Assembly (NCBI GenBank): GCA_965261345.1
Contig: OZ253449.1
Span: forward strand, 512,001 to 576,000
Direction of reading: 5' to 3'
DNA: 64,000 nucleotides
Source of the DNA: Chloroflexota bacterium
GTDB taxonomy: Bacteria; Chloroflexota; UBA11872; VXNJ01
Shown here piece by piece: positions 41,924 to 50,333 of this stretch. The notes below the pieces were generated by a model, which made no database searches, had not been told where the DNA came from, and was given only the letters and a program-made list of their open reading frames with translations. The position numbers and the translations under genes are program-made. Every line of letters starts with the position of its first letter. The stretch's first letter is position 1.

Positions 41924-43969
41924 TTGCCCGCGCGGCCGCTCTATCAGTTCATACGCGGCGGGCCAACGGCGCTAACAACTCCCGCCGAGGGTTCGCCCTC
42001 GGGGAGCCCGGCGCAAGCCCGCTATTGGCCGGCTCTCGACGGGCTGCGAGCATTCGCGGTCATCGCGGTGCTAATTTTTCACGCCGGAGCCGATTGGCTG
42101 CCGGCGGGGTTTTTGGGAGTCGACGTTTTCTTCGTCATTTCCGGATTCCTAATCACCCTGCTGCTCCTGCGCGAGCGGTCCGAGCACGGCGCGATTGCGC
42201 TGCAGCGATTTTGGATGCGGCGAGCCGCCCGCCTGCTGCCGGCGTTGCTGCTGCTGCTCGGCCTCACCGGGCTTTACCTGGCGGCAATTTCGCCGGCCAC
42301 GGTCACCGGCTTCCTCACCGACGCCCGATTCGCGGTCCTGTTCGTTGCCAACTGGGATTTCGTGCTGCGGCAGGTTTCCTACTTTGCCCAATGGCAACCG
42401 GCGCTGGCCACCCACCTTTGGTCGCTGGCCGTTGAAGAGCAGTTTTATCTTGTATGGCCGCCGCTGGTTGTCTTGATCATGCGGTTTGGTGGTGTTCGCC
42501 ACCTGGCCGTACTGGCCGGGTTGTTGGCGGTTGCCGCGACCGCGCTGATGGCGGCCCTGTACGTGCCCTGGGAAGATGTCTCGCGAATCTACTACGGCAC
42601 CGACACCCATCTCAGCGGCCTGGCCTGGGGAGCACTGCTGGGGTGCCTGGTGGCAATGTCCAACCGAGGGTTAAGGCTACCGCCGCTGGCCGGCAGCGCG
42701 CTGGGCGCCGGGGCCCTGGCGGGCCTGACGGCAATGATGGTTTTTCTGCATGAGTGGGACGGACTGCTTTACCGCGGGGGCTTCCTATTGGCGGCGGTGC
42801 TAACCGGGATCGTCCTGATCGCCGCCTTGGGACGGCAAGGTCCACTGGTCCATCTGTTGGCCTGGTCGCCGTTTCGCTGGATCGGGAAGCGCTCGTATGC
42901 CATCTACCTATGGCACTGGCCGCTGCTCGTCATCGACCTGCCGCTGCTAGATCGGGTCCCGCCCGCGGTTGATCTGGCGGGGCGGGGCGGCATGGTTTTT
43001 GCGTTGGCGGCGATCTCCTGGTACGTGGTCGAAGCTCCCGTGCGACAGTCGGTGGCCAAGGCGCTTGCCAATGTCGGACGGCGCGGCCCCGGATTGACCC
43101 GAGCCACGCTTGCCAGTCTGCTAAACATTCCGGTCAGCAGCACCGTATGCATCGGATCATTGGCGGCTTTTTCGATCGTTGCAGCGCTCGCGTTCGGTGG
43201 CTGGTTTCCCCAATCGCAATCGGATATCGCCGATCAGATTGCAGCCAACGCTCGATTGCTCGAATCGATCAACTCCCCGACCCAACCGGCCCCAGCGCCG
43301 CAAGCTACAAACCGACCGGTTGTCCCCGCCAACGCCACAACGGCCGTCCAAGACCTCATTGAAACCGACAACGCCGCGCCCGAGCCCACAGGCGCGCCCG
43401 GGGAGGACAACCAGATCGTCGTGTTTTCGAGCCCGCTGCTGACGGTCGGCTACGACCCGGCCAGCGAGCGCGCCCCGCCGGTCCGGCGGCGGCCGATCAA
43501 TCTTCCGGTGTTGGCAATCGGCGACTCGGTCATGCTGGGAGCGACCCCAACCCTGCTTACGGCGGTCCCGCAACTCCAGATCGACGCTACCGTGGCCAAA
43601 CAGTTCGCCGACGGCATCGATCGCATTCGATCGGCACTGGCGGCCCCGCCAGCCCTCCGCCCGCGGGTAATCGTGGTCCACCTGGGGACAAACGGGATAT
43701 TCGACCCGGCCCATCTGGACCAGATGCGCCAGCTGAGCCACAATCTGCGCCGCCTGGTCGTAATCAACATTCGCGCGCCGCGATCCTGGGAGGAATTTGT
43801 CAATGAACAGCTGGAGACTACGGGCGAATGGAAAAGTGTTCGCTTTGTCGACTGGTACGAGGCCTCGGCCGAAAATCCGGATTGGTTGGCCGACGATGGA
43901 GTGCACCTGTCACCTGCGGGTCAAACCGCCTACGCTGATCTGATCGCCAACGCGATCGCCTTCGGCTAG
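41924..43969 (+). CDS. Acyltransferase-3 + SGNH fusion (OatA/OafA-like O-acetyltransferase)
   Basis: LDGLRA.AV, GFLGVDVFFVISGFLIT, HLWSLAVEEQFY; C-terminal GDSV, GTNG, DGVH. Start uncertain. Confidence 0.9.
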   Translation: MPARPLYQFIRGGPTALTTPAEGSPSGSPAQARYWPALDGLRAFAVIAVLIFHAGADWLPAGFLGVDVFFVISGFLITLLLLRERSEHGAIALQRFWMRRAARLLPALLLLLGLTGLYLAAISPATVTGFLTDARFAVLFVANWDFVLRQVSYFAQWQPALATHLWSLAVEEQFYLVWPPLVVLIMRFGGVRHLAVLAGLLAVAATALMAALYVPWEDVSRIYYGTDTHLSGLAWGALLGCLVAMSNRGLRLPPLAGSALGAGALAGLTAMMVFLHEWDGLLYRGGFLLAAVLTGIVLIAALGRQGPLVHLLAWSPFRWIGKRSYAIYLWHWPLLVIDLPLLDRVPPAVDLAGRGGMVFALAAISWYVVEAPVRQSVAKALANVGRRGPGLTRATLASLLNIPVSSTVCIGSLAAFSIVAALAFGGWFPQSQSDIADQIAANARLLESINSPTQPAPAPQATNRPVVPANATTAVQDLIETDNAAPEPTGAPGEDNQIVVFSSPLLTVGYDPASERAPPVRRRPINLPVLAIGDSVMLGATPTLLTAVPQLQIDATVAKQFADGIDRIRSALAAPPALRPRVIVVHLGTNGIFDPAHLDQMRQLSHNLRRLVVINIRAPRSWEEFVNEQLETTGEWKSVRFVDWYEASAENPDWLADDGVHLSPAGQTAYADLIANAIAFG

Positions 43970-43990
43970 CTGCAAGCTGGACGGGATCGG

Positions 43991-46183
43991 CTACCCCAGC
44001 TCCAGTTGCGCCGGGGCGGCGCGGGCGGTTAGCCCGCGCGATTGGATCGCGTACAGCCGGGCCACTTGGGCGACGCTGGTGGCGTCGGCATAGCCCTTGT
44101 CGGGCCGCGGGAGGCCGAGCGCTCGCGGGAAGCGCAGCGCGAACCCTTCCTGTCCACCCTCCGGGTCAATCCAGTGGCGGCGCAGCAGCTGCCCCTTCAC
44201 CTCGACCAGCAATCCGGGTTCCAACCAGACGTCGGGCGCCGAGCGCGCGAGCAGATCGACGGGTGGCCCGCCAGTTCGCCGATCCGCCGCATGCCAGTCC
44301 CAATCGGGAAACGGGGATAGGACGATCCGCCCCAACTCTCGCCACCCATGCCCGTCCTCGGCGCGAACCGCCAGGAACAGGGCGGGCGGCTCTGCAGTTT
44401 CCGCGGACGGAGGATTCCAGTACCCCAGGACAGACGCTACCGCCTCCAGGACGGGACGTTGGCGCAGCGGGATTCCAGTCGGCTGGCCGGCGAACAATTC
44501 GGCCAAATGCCCGACGCTGGAAACCTGTTCGAGGTCAGTCCCATCCAGCGGGGCTACGGCCGCGATCCGGCCAAACTCAAACAGTTCGCTGCGGCCGGCG
44601 GTGTGCAGGCGCGATCGCGAGATTTCGTCGCACTGGACGGTGATGACGTGGCGGGGTTGGACCCATTGGTCAGGGGTTACATCCGATGCCACCAAGGCCG
44701 GGGGCTGACTGATCACATCCTCCTCCAGCAGCCCTGCCAGTTCGATCCATTCCTCGTCACTAAAGCCCGATCCGATCCTGGTGATCGATTTGAGGCGTTG
44801 CTCCCCTCCGTCCCATACGGCCCCGAGCAGCCCGCCGATTCCAAACGCAGTTCGCTTGCCGGACCCGCGCCAGAAACCGATCACCGTGCAGTCGATCGTA
44901 TCGCCCAGTCCAGTGCTGCCGGGCTTGAATTTCATCCAGGCGAATCCTCGTTTGCCGGTCTCGTACGGGGCGTCGAGCTGCTTGGCCACAATTCCCTCGA
45001 GACCGGTCGCAATTTGCCGCAGGAAATATTTTTCGACCGCGTCCGCGCGGTCGGTGACCATCTGCTCAATCACCGCTATTGACTGGTTGGGCTCAACAAT
45101 CTCCAGCAGGCGAGCCCGCCGTTCGGCAAACGGCCTCGCGGTTAGGTCATCTCCGTCGGCATAGAGCAGATCAAAACAAAAAATCTGCACTGGATTCTGT
45201 TCAACGCTGCGGGCGATGTCGAACTTGCGGCGCCGGGTGGAGGTGACCTGAAACGGCCGCAACACCCGTGTAAGCGGGTCGTAGGCGACTGCTTCCCCCT
45301 CCAGGATCACTTCGCTGTCGCCCAGCTGGCTGCCGGCCGCGCTCACTAGTTCGGGAAACATGTCGGTTAGGGGCTCGAGCCGGCGTGAATAGATTGCCAC
45401 TTCCCGGCCCCGACGGTGCAGCTGCACCCGCAACCCATCGTACTTGGGTTCCAGTGCGCTCTCTTGCATGCGTTCGATGATTTCCTCCGGGGATTGGGCG
45501 ACTTGGGCCGAGGCCATTAGCACCGGGACACCCACCTCGATCTGGATCGCAGCAGTTGCCGGCAAGCCTCCGGCCAGATAGGTCCTGGCAATCCGGCCGA
45601 GATCGGGAAGGCGGTGATAGGACCGCTCGATCTGGCGCCGGTGGCTGCCGCGCTCGCCGCTGCGGGCCTGCGAGAGGGCCTCAAACACGGTGGGTTCGCG
45701 GACCCCCAAGCGCAATTTTTTCAGCGGTATCCGCGCGAGGTAGCGGGCCTCCAGCTTGCCCATTCGGGTAAACAGGCCTGCCAGGCGATCGAGTTTGCGC
45801 TGCCCCGACCCCTCACCAACCTCCCGGGCGATGGCAAGCAGCGCCGAATGGATCACCAGGACCGACAGCGACTGTGAATGGGATTCGGCCAGCTGCTCGG
45901 CCAGCAAACCGGCATCGCCCAGTTCGCGCGCACGCGTGCGCAATCCGTCCTCGGGCTCGGAGAAGGCCAGAGCGAGCGCAGTAACCACCATGTTGCTGCC
46001 GATCCCGATCTCGACCGGCAAATAGGTCGGCCGCACCCGACCCTGCAGCAGGTAAGCGACCGCCTGCGCTTCGAGCGGGGTGCAGGACTGGAACAGTTCT
46101 GCCAGGATCGAGATTATTTCCAGCCGCTTGGCCACCCGCTCGATGCGTTGCCAATAGCTAGCCAGTTCGGCAAAAGTTAGCAA
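43991..46183 (-). CDS. ATP-dependent DNA ligase (LigB/archaeal-type) with duplicated OB domain
   Basis: N-terminal DNA-binding domain; motifs I KYDGLR, III LEGE, IIIa FDLLY, IV EGIVAK, V WMKFK, VI LRFPR..RPDK. Confidence 0.92.
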   Translation of the reverse strand: MLTFAELASYWQRIERVAKRLEIISILAELFQSCTPLEAQAVAYLLQGRVRPTYLPVEIGIGSNMVVTALALAFSEPEDGLRTRARELGDAGLLAEQLAESHSQSLSVLVIHSALLAIAREVGEGSGQRKLDRLAGLFTRMGKLEARYLARIPLKKLRLGVREPTVFEALSQARSGERGSHRRQIERSYHRLPDLGRIARTYLAGGLPATAAIQIEVGVPVLMASAQVAQSPEEIIERMQESALEPKYDGLRVQLHRRGREVAIYSRRLEPLTDMFPELVSAAGSQLGDSEVILEGEAVAYDPLTRVLRPFQVTSTRRRKFDIARSVEQNPVQIFCFDLLYADGDDLTARPFAERRARLLEIVEPNQSIAVIEQMVTDRADAVEKYFLRQIATGLEGIVAKQLDAPYETGKRGFAWMKFKPGSTGLGDTIDCTVIGFWRGSGKRTAFGIGGLLGAVWDGGEQRLKSITRIGSGFSDEEWIELAGLLEEDVISQPPALVASDVTPDQWVQPRHVITVQCDEISRSRLHTAGRSELFEFGRIAAVAPLDGTDLEQVSSVGHLAELFAGQPTGIPLRQRPVLEAVASVLGYWNPPSAETAEPPALFLAVRAEDGHGWRELGRIVLSPFPDWDWHAADRRTGGPPVDLLARSAPDVWLEPGLLVEVKGQLLRRHWIDPEGGQEGFALRFPRALGLPRPDKGYADATSVAQVARLYAIQSRGLTARAAPAQLELG

Positions 46184-46198
46184 CTGTCAGCTGCCCCT

Positions 46199-48424
46199 TC
46201 AACCCCCGCGCGGCTGGGCCGAGGGTAAATCGCTCTTGCTAAGGCGCGCATATGCGACCGCCAACTTCTTGGTCTCACCAGAGTCAAATCGCACCCGAAC
46301 GAACTCCTCCCCGCCGGAAAAACTCGACTCCAGGATCAGGCCGCCGCCAAAGCTGTTGTGGCAGACCCGCTGTCCCTGGTCAAATTGGGCCAGCGGCTCC
46401 TGTTCCGGCGGTTCAAAGTTTCCCGCCGGCTCCCGTCCGGGCGGGATTGGACCAAAACCCGCAGTGTCCTCGTACTCAAGCAATCGGCTGGGCAGATCGG
46501 CCAGGAAGCGCGACGGGTCCTGGGACTGCGTTCCCCAGTAACGGCGCGCCCGCCCCGAATATGAAATATGCAGGCGGTCGCGGGCCCGCGTCATTCCCAC
46601 ATAAGCCAGGCGGCGCTCCTCGTCCAGGTCGCCATCGATGCTGCGCTGGTGCGGTATTAGGCCGTCGACGAATCCGAACATGAAAACGCAATCATATTCC
46701 AGGCCCTTGGCCCGGTGCAGGGTCATGAGTTCAACACAATCGGCACCCCGGGCCGATTGCGCATCGTCCCCACCGGCAACCAAGGCCACGTCCTCGAGAA
46801 ACTGCTCCAGCGCGGGAGCGGGCTCCAGGGCGCCGTAGGCAGCCAGTCCGTCGAGCAGCGATTGAACGTTTTCGGTGCGCTCCTGCCCGCGTTCGTCATC
46901 GGAAAGCAACCGCTGGTAGCCAGACTGCACGAATACTTCCATCATCAGGTCCGGCAGCGCCAGCGATTGAGCCTTTTCGCGCAGGGCCTGGATCAACCGC
47001 CACAGTCCACCTAGGGCCTTGGCCGCCCGTGGCGGCAGCTGCCAGGGCAAGTCGAGTCGATCGGGACCGGTGACCGCCTCCAGGGTTTTTCCAACCGAAA
47101 GCCCCAGATCCTCGCGCATGCTCTCGAGCGCGGACCGGGTGCCCGGTCCGATCCCGCGCGGCGGGGTGTTGAGGATCCGGCGCCAGGACACCAGGTCGGA
47201 ATCGCTTCGCAAGACGCGCAGGTAAGCGATCAGGTCCTTGATTTCCCGCCTTTGGTAGAACTCCGGGGCCCCGCGCACCACGTAGGCGATGTTGAAGCGG
47301 CGCAGTTCGGTCTCCAATTCCCGCGACTGCGAATTGATTCGATAGAGGATGGCGATCTGGCTCAGCCGTACTCCGGTGTTGGCCAGCTGGGCGATCCGCA
47401 GTGCGATTGCCGCGGCCTCGTCCTCGGTGTCAGATGCCTCGATAACCGAGATCGCCGGTCCCGGCTCGCGTTCGGTCCACAGCTCCTTGGCGTGTCGCCG
47501 GACCATTCCCTGGGCCAGGCCGTTGGCGCATTCGAGAATGTTGCCGCTAGACCGGTAGTTGCGGGTCAGCCGGACAACCCGGGCGCCGGGATAACGTTCG
47601 GCAAATCCAAGAATCAGGCCAACATTGGCGCCCCGCCAGGTGTAGATGCACTGGTCATCGTCGCCAACCACCACCAGATTCAAATGGCCAGCGGCGAGCA
47701 TTGCGACCAGCGCGTCCTGGGCGCGATTGACGTCCTGGTACTCGTCAACCATCACATGTTGGTACCAACCCTGGAGGTACTCGAGCAGCTGCGGATGCTC
47801 TGACAACATCGCTACCGGGCGGGCGAGAAGATCGCCAAAGTCCAGCGCGTTGGCGGCCTTGAGCTCGCGCTCATAGTCGCCGGCAATCTCGCCGAACAGT
47901 TCGGGGTCCAGGCGAAATTCCTCGTTCGCCGCGTAATATTCGGCCGGGTTGATGAGCTCCTCCTTCGCACGGGCGATGTTGGACAGAATGTGTCGCTCTT
48001 CACTGCGCCCCAGTCCGGACTTGGTCAACCCTCGCCGTGAGAGCACCTGTTTTAGCAACGCGCGCTGATCCTCGGCATCCAGAATCGAGAAATTCGGGTT
48101 GATCCCAATCTTTTGGCCGTGGCTGCGCAGCAGCTTCACCCCGAAGCGGTGAAAGGTTGAAATCTGGGCATCGTAGAGGGCCGGGCCGCCCAGGGCAACC
48201 GCTCGCTCGCGCATTTCGGATGCGGCTTTGTTTGTGAAAGTGACCGCCAGCAATCGCTGCGGTCGCAACCCGACGCCGCCCACTAGGTAAGCCGCACGAT
48301 GGGTAATAACCCGGGTCTTGCCCGATCCGGCGCCGGCCAGGATCATCATCGGCCCGTCGACGTGCGAGACGGCGGCCAACTGGTCCGGGTTGAGCGAGTT
48401 ATCGGTGTAGCTGGGATGAAGCAT
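46199..48424 (-). CDS. pcrA: UvrD/PcrA SF1 DNA helicase
   Basis: AGAGSGKT, TFTNKAA.EM, DEYQD, GDDDQ.IY.WRGA, NYRS, TLH.AKGLE, EERRLAYVGMTRA; C-terminal Tudor-like domain. Confidence 0.93.
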   Translation of the reverse strand: MLHPSYTDNSLNPDQLAAVSHVDGPMMILAGAGSGKTRVITHRAAYLVGGVGLRPQRLLAVTFTNKAASEMRERAVALGGPALYDAQISTFHRFGVKLLRSHGQKIGINPNFSILDAEDQRALLKQVLSRRGLTKSGLGRSEERHILSNIARAKEELINPAEYYAANEEFRLDPELFGEIAGDYERELKAANALDFGDLLARPVAMLSEHPQLLEYLQGWYQHVMVDEYQDVNRAQDALVAMLAAGHLNLVVVGDDDQCIYTWRGANVGLILGFAERYPGARVVRLTRNYRSSGNILECANGLAQGMVRRHAKELWTEREPGPAISVIEASDTEDEAAAIALRIAQLANTGVRLSQIAILYRINSQSRELETELRRFNIAYVVRGAPEFYQRREIKDLIAYLRVLRSDSDLVSWRRILNTPPRGIGPGTRSALESMREDLGLSVGKTLEAVTGPDRLDLPWQLPPRAAKALGGLWRLIQALREKAQSLALPDLMMEVFVQSGYQRLLSDDERGQERTENVQSLLDGLAAYGALEPAPALEQFLEDVALVAGGDDAQSARGADCVELMTLHRAKGLEYDCVFMFGFVDGLIPHQRSIDGDLDEERRLAYVGMTRARDRLHISYSGRARRYWGTQSQDPSRFLADLPSRLLEYEDTAGFGPIPPGREPAGNFEPPEQEPLAQFDQGQRVCHNSFGGGLILESSFSGGEEFVRVRFDSGETKKLAVAYARLSKSDLPSAQPRGG

Positions 48425-48558
48425 GCTGCCGTTGCGGCCGGCTCAGATCCTGCGGGGAAGTCATTTGAAAAGCTCGAACAATGCTAATTCGCCAGCGGCC
48501 ACAATCCGATCAAGCCGCGGTGTGAAAATAAGCATTGCCCCACTCCAAGGCATCCGCA

Positions 48559-49044
48559 ATGGCCCAGTCGACCCGGCTTCCCGCCGCCCCCGCCCGGATC
48601 GCGTCCGCTACCCTGTTTGACGCGCCGGCGATCAGCAAATTGATCGAGCCGTTCGCCCGGGCTGACCAGATGCTGCCGCGTCCCCTGACCGAGATCATCG
48701 AAAACCTGCGCGACTACAAACTGGCCTTTGACGCTGACACTCTGGTCGCGGTGGTGGCCCTGCACATAATGCCCCCCGATACCGCCGAGGTGCGGGCCCT
48801 GGCAGTGGCCGAGGACTGGCAGGGGCGCGGACTGGGTCGCCAGCTGGTGCAACTCTGCCTCGATGACGCCAAGTCACTTGGGGTCCCTCAGGCATTTACG
48901 CTAACTCTGCAACCCGGATTCTTCTCCAGGTTGGGGTTCACCGTTTCCGATCGCGACAAACTCACACATAAGGTTTGGACCGAGTGCTACAAGTGCCCCA
49001 AGTTTGATCGCTGCGATGAAATCGCCATGACGATCAACCTTTAG
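48559..49044 (+). CDS. argA: Short GNAT-type N-acetylglutamate synthase
   Basis: MLPR, AEVRALAV..W.GRGLG, LP/THKVW.EC..CPKF..CDE.AM signature. Confidence 0.8.
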   Translation: MAQSTRLPAAPARIASATLFDAPAISKLIEPFARADQMLPRPLTEIIENLRDYKLAFDADTLVAVVALHIMPPDTAEVRALAVAEDWQGRGLGRQLVQLCLDDAKSLGVPQAFTLTLQPGFFSRLGFTVSDRDKLTHKVWTECYKCPKFDRCDEIAMTINL

Positions 49045-49054
49045 GCTCGTCAAT

Positions 49055-50326
49055 ATGCGGCGCGAGATACTACGGCCGTCCAGGCCCACGGTCACCCTGC
49101 TGCGGCCGCTTGCGTTGCTCGCAGTCGGGGTACTCGCAGTTCTGTCCCTGGTAACAACCGCCGCGGTGGTCTACTGGTTTTTTTACGTGACCGCGGCGCT
49201 GGTCGGATTGACCTGGTTTTGGGTCGCCCGCTCGGTGGCCAACCTGCGGCTGTCGCGCACCCTTTCGACCAAGGCCGCATTTGCCGGCGACGACGTGGCG
49301 GAGGAATTCCGACTCACCAACCTTGGGCGTATGCCGGTGCTGATGGTTGAGCTGGAGGATGAATCCGATTTCCCCGGATACTCAGCTTCGATTGCCGAAA
49401 ACCTCGATTCCCGTCAAACCAAGGTCTGGGCGAGCAGCGGCAGGGCGCTGCGGCGCGGGGTTTTTACGATGGGCCCGATGATCGTGCGGACCGGCGATCC
49501 GTTCGGCATTTTTTCGGCGCAGTTCGATTTCCCGCGGACTACCACCTTCGTCGTGTACCCCAAGATCTCGATCATGCCCGACGTTAACGTGCCGGCCGGC
49601 CACCAATTCGGGTCGGCCCGTTCGTCGTCGCGCACCCAGCAGATTACCTCGGACGCGGCCGGCATCCGGGATTTCGCGCCGGGCGATCCGATGAAGCGGA
49701 TCCATTGGCTGTCGACGGCGCGGCGCGGCCAAATCACCGTGAAGGAATTTGACTTGGAGCCCGCCGCCAGCGTCTGGATCGCACTGGACCTGCAGCGCTC
49801 GGTCCAGGCCGGACGGGGGGCCGACACCACCGAGGAGATGGCGGTGAAGGTTGCCACCGCGGTGGCCTACCAACAGATCCGCGCCGGGCGCGCGGTCGGC
49901 TTGGCCGCGCACGGCGGTCAACGCATTCGGCTTGAGCCGCAGAAAGGATCACAACAACTCTGGCGCATCCTTGAACACCTAGCGATCCTGAGCGCCCAGG
50001 GCATCCAGCCGTTCGAAGCTTCGCTGTCCGAACTGACCCAAGGGTTGGGATCGGGAGTCTCGGTCGTTGGCATTTCGCCGGCGGCCAACACCGGGTGGAT
50101 TGCGGCTCTGGCGATGCTCGCGCGGCGGCGCATAAATTGCACCGCCGTCCATATAGATGCCGCCAGCTTCGGCGGGCAGGCCTCCGCGACCGACTTCCTG
50201 CCGATCGCTGCCGCCGCCGGTGTATCGGTCCGCAGCGTTAGCCAGGGCCAGGAATTTGCCAGCATCAGGCCCGATTTTGACCCGCAGTCGAGCGGCGGCC
50301 TGCCGCCGGCGCTGGTGGGGCGTTAA
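49055..50326 (+). CDS. DUF58 domain membrane protein
   Basis: RRG.F..GP....DPFG.F, VYP, IRDF.PGDPMKRIHW.STAR....VKEF. Confidence 0.9.
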   Translation: MRREILRPSRPTVTLLRPLALLAVGVLAVLSLVTTAAVVYWFFYVTAALVGLTWFWVARSVANLRLSRTLSTKAAFAGDDVAEEFRLTNLGRMPVLMVELEDESDFPGYSASIAENLDSRQTKVWASSGRALRRGVFTMGPMIVRTGDPFGIFSAQFDFPRTTTFVVYPKISIMPDVNVPAGHQFGSARSSSRTQQITSDAAGIRDFAPGDPMKRIHWLSTARRGQITVKEFDLEPAASVWIALDLQRSVQAGRGADTTEEMAVKVATAVAYQQIRAGRAVGLAAHGGQRIRLEPQKGSQQLWRILEHLAILSAQGIQPFEASLSELTQGLGSGVSVVGISPAANTGWIAALAMLARRRINCTAVHIDAASFGGQASATDFLPIAAAAGVSVRSVSQGQEFASIRPDFDPQSSGGLPPALVGR

Positions 50327-50333
50327 ACGCCCG

